In this document: in pieces, positions 1-10,100 of the stretch
Layout: the number at the start of each line of letters is the position of its first letter
Position numbering within the stretch: position 1 is the stretch's first letter
Assembly: GCA_964016885.1 (NCBI GenBank)
Contig: OZ024743.1
Coordinates: 100,192,001-100,256,000 of the forward strand
DNA from: Eledone cirrhosa
Lineage: Eukaryota
DNA: 64,000 nucleotides
Direction of reading: 5' to 3'
Made by a program: the position numbers and the translations under genes
Notes under the pieces: model-generated
The model's database searches: none
What the model was told of the DNA's origin: nothing
The model's input: only the letters and a program-made list of their open reading frames with translations

Positions 1-564
1 TACTCCCGATGTACATAAAGATTGATGAGTTTGGATAAGTTGGCGTAGAGGAAATAAGTCTGACATTTCAGAACTACTGAAGTAATCAGCTGGGTGAAAG
101 ATTATCAATGATTTCCAACTATGTGTATCTAAAAACACTACTATGTCACTTTTGAACGTAAAATAATATATATTTCCTTTTCAATAGATTTTTAGACACA
201 GTGGTATGTAGGCACTCGTCCAACTAGAAATAATAGCCAAATCTTCCTCATATTACAAATTACTGTTTCATAAAGGAAAGGGATATTATAAACATCATAG
301 TCCTGGACACAGTATTACTGATTTAACACAAGATGATCAAATGCTGGAATATCTTTGATCATAATTGTTGACTCAGGGCAGTCCTGGGGCTAAACAACTC
401 GCCGAACACTGCCCCAAACAATGATTTATTTGTATACTGTTATCAGAGGATAGGATACAGACGACTGAATTTAGAATAGTATATAACAGGTATTTGTACT
501 AGCGATCTCGGAAGGATGCAAGGTAAACTTGACTCTGGCGGAATGAACTACATTCAACTCCAAC

Positions 565-843
565 GTTGAGTGTTCCAGTTGTTTGATCAACCGGGGAGCC
601 TGCTCATGAAATTAATGTGTAAATGGCTGAGCATTCCACAGACGTGTGTATTCTTAACGTAATTCTCAGGGAGATTCAACGTGACAATGTGTGACGAGCT
701 TCCAAACAGTTTACACTTACCCAAATTCACTCACAAAGCATGGGTTGACTTGAGGCCATGGTAAATGGCACTTGCCTAAGACTCCACGCAGTGGGGTTGA
801 ACCTAATGATGCGAGGCGAACTTCTTAACCATTCTGCCATGCT
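565..843 (-). mobile_element. tRNA-derived SINE (decayed)
   Basis: Minus-strand head gcatggcagaatggttaagaag...ggttcaacccc (A/B-box-like); same body recurs at ~34760-35230, ~52985-53140 and inverted at ~24280-24480. Confidence 0.65.
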
Positions 844-1942
844 GTCCACTGTGGTTGGCTAAATTACTATACAGTATTTAGTGTGACACTCCCTATTTCT
901 GACGACTCACCCGTACTTTGACATTAAAAACAATTTAGAAACCTAGCGAGGTAACTGGTTATGAGTAACATGAATTATTGCCCCGCCCTATCATAGAAAT
1001 TGTGAAATGGCAATTTTACTTATTAAGTAATCATTAAAAAAAAAATATTCAAGATTTTAACTTCAGTAAACTACAAGAAAAGTTGGTACACAGTGCCAAA
1101 TCTATCAAAATAACAACAATAAATATAGGTAGATGTTTTCACCATTACCTCAATTCAAATAAAATTGAAGGTTTAGAAAATCTATTCCTTTGAAGGGAAA
1201 TTATATAAAAACCAACTTTGATGTAATTTTAATACAAACGAGATATCAACAAAAACTGAATAAGACTTAGTTTAGAAAATAATGTAAGAGGGGTTAAAAA
1301 CAACAACAACAATAATAATAATACATTAAGAGTGAGAAATTAGACGTTACAATTAATAGCAGATCTTTAATTGAAATTAGAATAATTAAAGATAATGACA
1401 ACTTAACTTGAGTAAGGGTAAACAAATATTTGTGAGACATGTTTACAAGTACTTGCATTGCCAAGTACTTGTATAAAGATAGTAAGAAACAGAAATAACA
1501 TAACGTCTGCTGATATCTTAAGAAAAGGATACTTTCCATGTTCGACATTGTGAAAGGTTAATATATAGATGTTAGACGAGAAAAAATAATTCCAAGTATT
1601 ATTAAAGTACTTTGATAATTGTTTCTACTATTGGCGTACTTTGATAATGTTTGACTAATTTACTCGAGTTAGTGACGTAATAGCAAAGCTAGGAAATTAT
1701 TTTCAGCCTCCTTTTTCTGGCGTGTGTGTGTGTATATATATATATATTTTAACTTTAATTATATCTCATAAAATAATACAACTGGCTTTCCACAAAATAC
1801 ATATAGTTAGCACCCCAAACACTTAAATTGGGTTATACTAACATATAACCTAATGTTTGTTGAGTGAGATGGTTACCAATCGGAGTTTAGCGTTAAGCTA
1901 TCTCTGTTATTGTATTAAATATTATATATATATATATATATA

Positions 1943-2130
1943 GGGTGAATTGGCAGTATCGGTAGAGGGTCAGACGCCATGCTTTCCAGCATAGTTACGT
2001 CCCTTTACAATCTGAGTTCAAATCCCGCCGAGGTTGACTTTGCCTTTCATCCTTACGAGGTCGATAAAATAAAGTACCAGTAATGAACTGGATCATTGCT
2101 GGCCTTGTGCCTAAAGTAGAAACAATTATA
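1943..2130 (+). mobile_element. tRNA-related SINE family 1 (core gttgactttgcctttcatccttacgaggtcgataaaataaagtaccag)
   Basis: Head tggcagtatcggtagag, B-box-like gagttcaaatccc, conserved central core and tail aaagtagaaacaattat; more than 10 copies in the window. Confidence 0.8.
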
Positions 2131-2325
2131 TATATATATACATATATATATATTGATTTTTCCCTGAATTCTGTTGGATGAATCTATATCCTGATTCTTT
2201 TTGAATTGAGTTTGAATTATTTTTCCCACATCTTACGTTAACTATTTTCCCATTTTGACGTTATAGTCACTTATATATTATGAAATACTGTGTGCTTCTT
2301 GCTCATAATAATTTCTATACTTTTC

Positions 2326-2354
<29 letters not shown>

Positions 2355-2360
<6 letters not shown>

Positions 2361-2579
2361 ATCAAAAGATGGTTAAAAGGGTTCCATGTATTTTATTATG
2401 CTCATTTCAAAATCAAATATCATCATGCGATGACATTTGCGTTTTCGTCAGATAAAATAGGGAGACTTGATATGAAGGTTAAAAAACACTTATGAATAGT
2501 GCAGTTTTAAATCAACATATAAATTGAAATGCGCATAATAAAATACATGGAACTCTTTTAACCATCTTTTGATCTTATA
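2355..2579. mobile_element. Fold-back element with 56-bp inverted arms next to (TA)n; probable Penelope-like pseudo-LTR remnant
   Basis: Arms 2355-2410 and 2524-2579 are reverse complements with 2 mismatches; contains the minus-strand hammerhead motif. Confidence 0.55.
2389..2459 (-). ncRNA. Minimal type I hammerhead ribozyme motif
   Basis: Minus strand: stem I UAUUUUAU/AUAAAAUA; core CUGACGA (plus 2445-2451); stem II with 11-bp helix CAAAUGUCAUC/GAUGAUAUUUG; GAAA (plus 2405-2408); 2-bp stem III with AUGAGCAU near-palindrome; AUA cleavage triplet. Confidence 0.7.
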
Positions 2580-2810
2580 TATTATTTATACTCCAGTCCT
2601 ACAAACTGTAGAGTGCTACTTATCCGATATCTGCATTGCTTTATTGAACTACAATAAAACTCACCTCCTACATATATATATATATATATATATATATGTA
2701 GAAGTTATATTTAATTTGTTGGGATACAACAAGCAAATATGTTTATAACTGATATAAAGCACTCAACAAATTTTTGGAGTAAAAATACAATATATTAACA
2801 AATGGAAATT

Positions 2811-3140
2811 ATATTTATAAAACCATATTTATTTTATTATACATATTTCAAGGGCCACCAGAGCAAAATATGGTGCGCTTTCATTTTTCACTATTCCAAC
2901 GGCTTAATTTAAATATACTGTTTTAAACCTTTCCAACACTAATTTACATAATAAACCAACAATAAATCTAATAACTCCACTATCCAGGAGACTCCAACCA
3001 GAATGGTTGCATTTTTTAAGGGTATGTCAATATTTATTTATAAAACTAACCTATATTATATTTTATCTGATGAAAGCACACCATAGTTTGTTCTGTGGCC
3101 CTTGAAATATGTATAATGAAATAAATATGGTTTTATAAAT

Positions 3141-3143
<3 letters not shown>
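2811..3143. mobile_element. Fold-back element with ~74-bp inverted arms; probable Penelope-like pseudo-LTR remnant
   Basis: Arms 2811-2884 and 3070-3143 are imperfect reverse complements; the right arm overlaps the hammerhead motif; abuts (TA)n. Confidence 0.55.
3059..3123 (+). ncRNA. Minimal type I hammerhead ribozyme motif
   Basis: Stem I UAUUUUAU/AUGAAAUA; CUGAUGA 3067-3073; interrupted stem II (AAG/CUU, CACA/UGUG); GAAA 3104-3107; near-palindromic stem III AUAUGUAU; AUA 3113-3115. Confidence 0.6.
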
Positions 3144-3207
<64 letters not shown>

Positions 3208-3927
3208 TTACTGTTACTCCGAGTTTCACATTTCCAATCAGAAATATATCAGCTTACAATAAATATAAAACTCTATAATACATATTGAGTACTTTTTCTC
3301 CTTAGACATACATTGTGTGTATGTATTACTTTTTTATACTAGTTCCAATCATAGAAGTACGGTTGTGCTGGAGCACCGTCTTCAAAGGTTTAGTTAATCA
3401 TATTGACCTCAATATCTATTTCAGTTTGCTACATATTTTATCAATTTTAATTTGTACTTCTAAAGAACTGGGATTTAATATCAATGTAACTACAAATATG
3501 ACAACAGTTAAAACAACCAAGTAACCTGTAGACCACAGCACAAACCAGATTGAAGACAAAAACTCCAAACAGGCAGGACCATATTTAAGAAACTTGTCTT
3601 CAATATTGGTAGAGATATCTCTAATATACCCTCAAACAAAACAATATTTTACAGTGCTGCAAACCTCTTTAACAAAACTGTAAGACGACAAAATACTAAA
3701 TAAAAATGGAAGGGAGGTAACTAGAAATTTACTATCACATGTTTGTTTATATTAGAAACAAGTCATACTTTTTATTTAATCATGTTTATGTATATAAGAA
3801 AACAATAAAGCGAGATTTTTCATTTTATTTTTAACAATAATAATAAAAGCAATTTCTAATTTAGGAAATAATAACAAAATTACGAAACTACTTGTCGGGA
3901 ATCGAAATTATATACAGCGCGCATTAC

Positions 3928-3933
3928 CACGTG
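3928..3933. promoter_or_regulatory. Canonical E-box CACGTG (candidate Myc/Max site)
   Basis: CACGTG ends 9 nt before the URB1 ATG, in a locally GC-richer patch. Confidence 0.55.
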
Positions 3934-3942
3934 TGGAACAGC

Positions 3943-4102
3943 ATGGCTGCGGAAGATGTTAATTTGAAAATGCACAAGAAAAGAAGCAACGATGAAGTGT
4001 TTCCGGATGAACCAACAGCTAAAGTTGCTAAGGTTTCAGATGATGATTATACTTATACAGAATTTATGACAGAACTGAAAGATATTTCAACTTGTTTCAA
4101 AG
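3943..4102 (+). CDS. URB1: URB1 exon 1
   Basis: ATG 3943, MAAEDVNLKMHKKR...ISTCFK; donor AAG/gtaag, ends phase 1. Confidence 0.85.
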
Positions 4103-7100
4103 GTAAGACGAAATGTTCTTCGGACGTTGTATATGTTTACATGTAAAAATCCTGTGCATTAGTGTTTATATAATTTTATACGATATAACAATGTTTATGA
4201 ATAGAAAACTAATGTGAACAATTCTGTCAATGTTTCACTAAACGTTAGCGATTTTTGAGAACTGATCTGGGGATTGAAATGTCGACGTGTCAAACATTGG
4301 TTCTGTGGGTCTTCGTAGTTTTTGTCATGTCGCTCGCCACACCAAGTTGAACATAATCATAAAATAGGCGCTAGCGGCAATCTCTGTTCTAGAGTCACCT
4401 GGATTGTCCAGAGTCAAAGGTAAGAGGTCCGATGATCTTACCCTTTGCCTCAATGTGGGACGCCAGTGACACTTTCGCACTTTTTCACATCGTAGAGATG
4501 TATGTTACTGCATAAACTATTGAAATAACGATATATCGGTAAATTATATTTTTCTGTCTGGAATTTGAGACGTTCGGGAGAATTGGGCCGTTAACAACGG
4601 TGAAATAACAGGTGAGAGTGCTTTGGTTATTCCAACACCTCACCCTCACTATATCATATGAGCTAATGCCCTGATTCGGCTCACATTAAATATTATTAAA
4701 GCAAAATACCAGTATTTCCTGTTGTGTGTAATTTAGTGTGCATGTCTTCTTCCTCGTTTTTCTCATCATTTTTACTTCTTTTTTTTATCCATTTGTTTCT
4801 TTTGCAAATCATAAACTTTCATTATCATTAATTACCATATGATAATGATTATTGTGTACAGTGCTCAGGTGTACTACATACAACTCATCAAAGGTGCATG
4901 TATAATACATAGAATAATGTTCAAATGTCAGGAAAATGAACAGTGTAAGAGTCATGAAATACATGTGTTTGCGTATGTATGGGGGAGGAATATTAGCTGT
5001 AGTGTTGGCGAATCTCAGGAAGCATATGGCGTTTTTAAAGGATGCAGTGTCTCGACAGCTAATAACTGATGCAGGTAGTTTGTTCCATGCTTCAGCAACT
5101 CTGTGTGTGAAAAAATGTATGTCAGTGATATGTGTGTATTTTTTAACCCGTTCATTAACATATTTCCAATGAAAGACACTGTTTCGATTAATTTTGAAAT
5201 TGTTTTTAATTAGTGGAATTTAGTAAAATAACTATAAATGCAGTCTGCTAATATGCAAATCAGGCCGATCAGTCACTGTGTATTTTTGAAAATAGCATAT
5301 ATTTTCACTAGCTCTGACAGTTTGGCAGGTGAACAGTGAGCTGTACTGATGAAGGGTGATACCCAGATACATTAGGATCTGCAGTTCTGTTCACATGCCA
5401 ACACAAGAGCAAGAATGAAGGGTTCATTCTACTGACATGGCTATAAAATTGAGGCTTGTTTGCAAACGAATCGAATGTTATTATTAATATAAATGCTGGT
5501 ATTTGTCGTCTTTCACCTTTTTAGATCAGACAAGATGCATTGCTGTGTCTTTTCCATCTTTATGCATTCTGAATTAAAATCCCTATTACTGTCGACAGAA
5601 AGATGGCGATACTTCTGCTAGGAGTTGTAAATGGCAGATAGTGTCAATAATGGAGACCAATGCAAACATAGTTTCTTTGGTCTAATCTGACTATATAGTT
5701 TCCTTTACTTTTCTTTATAAACTTTTTCAAAATAATTTGATTTTAGGCTAAAATCAATATTTTAAAAGAATTTGAATATATTGCTCTAACTGTATTGTAT
5801 ACATATTCTTTCTTTTCAGCTGTATCTAAATTCATAAAATCATCTTCAAACTATCCAAATACTCGTTATGACTTGGTGGCTCATTATTGTGAAAATTGCA
5901 ATAACTTTGAAGGTCTCTTCTCTGTTCTCTTTTCATGTGAGAAAAGCCCTCAAGATGTAAGCAATATTTTTAATCACCGGTTTTAATAATAATCTAATTG
6001 TTTACATTCTCAGTGAAAAGAATTCTGATAAAGTTAGATTAATCTGCAATACTGCATATTATCATTGGGTGGTAGACTTCATCTATCACCCAGACCTTGG
6101 ATGCCTTTAGTGGAGTTCATTGTATTGCAAGCATTCGGACCATGTCCAGGAGATCCAAGTTAAACAATTCTTCCTATAACTTTCTTGCTTTTATTCTATC
6201 ACAAGTACCTTCCACATAACACTGGAATTGAAGCATTTGCTCCTGTCACATAAGGCACATCAGACACAAAGGAAGCAAGATTTTGATTTGGAGGTTGAAT
6301 GGAGCAACATCTATTTTTAGTTATACTGATTGAGAAAATGTTGTAGGGAAAAAACCCTGAACACCCTGCGTAACTAAAAGTGGACTGGACGAAATGTCTA
6401 TAATTAATAACTGAAGTGAACTGTCAGTTAGACTGTTCGTAGTCAAAGTTTCTCAAGTTATAAAATGAGAGAGTCTAATAGAAAATATCTGTTTAATGTA
6501 AAGTGGAATATCTAAATCGAACTATTAATGTTGCTGTTTGAATATGCATTAACACCCAATTCAATGGCTTAACAAAAGATTTTTGAAATATAATGCATAG
6601 CAGTCTCTAGAAGTAAGCTATTCTCTATCAGACCTTTAGAAATGTATGATTACAAGCTAGTAATTGAACGTTATTTTTTTGTTTTTGTATCTTCACTTTT
6701 TTTTTTTAGGCTGTTTGTGTTTTTGATGCTCTTCGCCTGATTTTGATTCGTATTGCTAGTGACTTGAGCAATTACATACATCTTGGTAACATGATTGCTC
6801 AGAAAGTTCTTACTGTACATTTAGAAATGCTAGAAACTGTTCTCAACTTGCGTAATGCTCAAGCGAAATCAGGCTTAAAACTTTTAACAACCATTGTTGT
6901 TTACAGTGAAGCTACTGCAAAATTAGTCATACATAAATTTGCATTTCATAAACATGTCTTCATCAGTAGAATGTTAAACAGAAGAAACAAGATGGTAAGT
7001 CTATGACTTTCTCTTTATATTTTATGTGTATAAAATGATTGTCATTTTTGTCTTGCAAAACTTGCCCTGTCTGCTGAGTTGTTACAACTCATATCTATGT

Positions 7101-10100
7101 AGGTTTAGCTTGCCTCCTACAAGGTTTCTTGGGTGTTTTTATAATTTTCAATATTTTCTATCAGAAACTATTATTCTTCAGATTGGATCTTTGTTTATTG
7201 GTTATGAATTCATAGTGGTTAACTTTTAACATCCTGAAAATATCTAAAAATAAGTTTTTCAATTCAAATATTTATCATATCTTTATTAGTGGACAAATCA
7301 TTGTGAAAATTTTCAGTAAATTAAAATAAAGACTTGAGTTTTTAATGTGATACAGTCAAAGTGCTGTTTTATACTTTTTAAAAATGTCTTGATGTGGTTT
7401 GATGCAGTACAGGATGTTATGGGAAAGCATCTGGTGTGTTTATCCTGTTTCACCAAATACCTGCATGTTTTAAAGAGTAACTGAAACTGTTGGCATCAGG
7501 AAGAACATCTGGTTGTAAAACATTGCTTTAGAAAGGACCCCATGATGAGAATGAAACCTACCATAGAGCTCACAAAGCTAATCCTCTACTAAGCATGAAA
7601 ATGGCCTTAAAATTCTTGTGGTGGTGTTGGTGGTTTAGTAAATGAAAAAATCGATTTTTATCCTTTCATTCAGAAAACTTAGTTGTCATTAACTCCTCCT
7701 TTTTTTTTTTTGCATTTCTAAATGTTCTTTTTTAGGTGGAAGAAGATATGCGTACCTGTTTTTTCCACTTCATATCAGGATTCTTGGTTGCCAGAAGTGA
7801 TGCTGTTATCAGTCAACTGGTTGATAAACACTGTAAGTATTTCCACATATATTTCACACAAATTTTTCTCTTTATTCAGTAATAATACAGAAAAGAATTA
7901 TATAGCAATATCCTTGAAACCCGAAGAATAAGCTTTAAGCTATTCCGTGACTGTATTTCCAATGAAATACACTCTATATCAATTACTTAATGAAGAATGT
8001 TGATTTAATTACTAAAATTATTGTTTCATTACTAAGTTATATTACTTATAACAAATTATGTTGGAAGATTTTAGTTTAACCTTTTAGCATTTACATTACT
8101 TTACATTTACTATTGTATTTTCATGGTAAAGGCTTTATCTCACATAATATCAAATCTGAGATTTTGATATTATTTATGTTGAGAATAATACGTTAACATC
8201 AGTATGAGTGATTGGTTATAGCTGGTTTGAACAGAAAGAGGGGAGAGGATTCTGGCCAGATACAGCTGGTTTGAATGCTAAAGGGTTAAATAGAAACCCT
8301 TTAAAATATGTAGTTTTGTTTCATAGAATCAGAGCTGGATTTTGGGCACATTGGTATCAAATGTGTTAATATCCACTGTTTTTAAAATTAATATTTATTA
8401 GAAATAAAGTAGTATACAGCACAATATCACCAGATGTTTTTAAGGACATTTTCTCTGCTAAAGCAAGAGTCAGTATTGTGAGCTTCGTGACATTTTGCCT
8501 TACCATCTGCATCCCCCCTCGCCAACACCCTGTCTTTAATTTCCTCCTCTATCATCTTTAACTGTGAAAACACAGTTAACCTTCCACATTCATTTTTATC
8601 ACTCTTCTCAGTCACTTTCATCCTTCTTTAACATGACACAACCATCTCATTCCATTCTTTCCAGCCTTCTCTCTTGTTCAATATTCATCATCCATGTCTC
8701 ATAAATCATGACACTTCTTACACATACAACATACACCTTCCCTTTACATTCAATGATAGATATAGTGTTTGAATCTTATGTGGGGGCGGTTTCTCTTTGC
8801 AATCTCAAATTGAAGATTATATGCCTAATATAAAAAGTGACAGGTACAGTGAGGATATTTAACAATGTTAATTTTTCTGTCTTACTGTTGGTGCAAGAAA
8901 TTCGTTTTGTAGCTACATGATTTTAGGTTAGTCCCCATCTGTGAACAAATGTCTTCTACTCTAGTCTCGGGTTGACTTATGACTGGAATTTGGTAGATGG
9001 AAACTATGTAAAAGCCTGTCAGAAGCAGTGTTCTTGTTCTAGGGTGGTAGACTTCATCCGTTACCTAGTTTAACACCATATGAGATTTAAGTACCTTTAG
9101 CAGAGTCCATTCTGTTGCTAGACTTTAGGCCAGCTATCCCTAGTCTTGGGGTCATGATTGCTGCCTTTTCTGACTAACGTTTTTAAAAAAGTATGTATCA
9201 TATTTTATAATTTCATCATATTGGTTATTATTATCAATGTTAAAAATTTATGGTAAAATTAAATGTGTTGATTTTTCTTTATCAGCAATTGTGAAACAGA
9301 TGTTTAAAGGAATGGAAGTAGACAAAGCATCTTCACTTCAAATCTTTCTACCCCTTGTTCTACAAAAGGTAACTAAAATGTCTTCTATTTATCATTTCTT
9401 TCAAATCCAGTGGGCTAGGGATCCATCTTTGCTCACTGTGATATACTATTTGGTGGTATGTTCTATGGAAATTCATTATTACAATCATCGTTTAACATCC
9501 CTTTTCTATGCTTGCCGTGGTTAGATGGGTTGTCACATTGAGACAAGTCAGGTCAGGTAATCACGTCTTGCTCATATGGGCTGGATGTATATTATTATGG
9601 CACCAGCACTACTACTTATAGAGTGGATTGAGTGTATTTTATCATGGCACCAACACTACAGCGAACTGGGTGCATTTTATTGTGGTACAAGCACTGTCAC
9701 TTTACAGTGCTGTATCTTACCAAGTAATTGTGACACTTCATTTAATCTCTGGCAAATATACCTATGTATCAATGGCTCGGTTCATACAGCTGTCAAGAAT
9801 ATGTAGCTGAATATCTGGGAATCATTTACTATCTATTTTCCCTGCTAGCGTGTGTTGGACATGTCATTACAGACTGACCTCGCAGATGGGCCAAGCCCCA
9901 CATCTCGCTTACATACTTTCCTATGCTCTTCCACAAGTATTTTATCATGGCAGTAGGACTAGAGAGGTTGCCATTTCTGACAGAACTGAAGTATTCTCCC
10001 AACCCTTTGTTTGGGAAATTTTCTTCGGCTGGATGCCCTTTCTGTGATCCACCACTTTACAGAGTATGTTTATCATGTAGATCACCAACACCAGGGAAGT

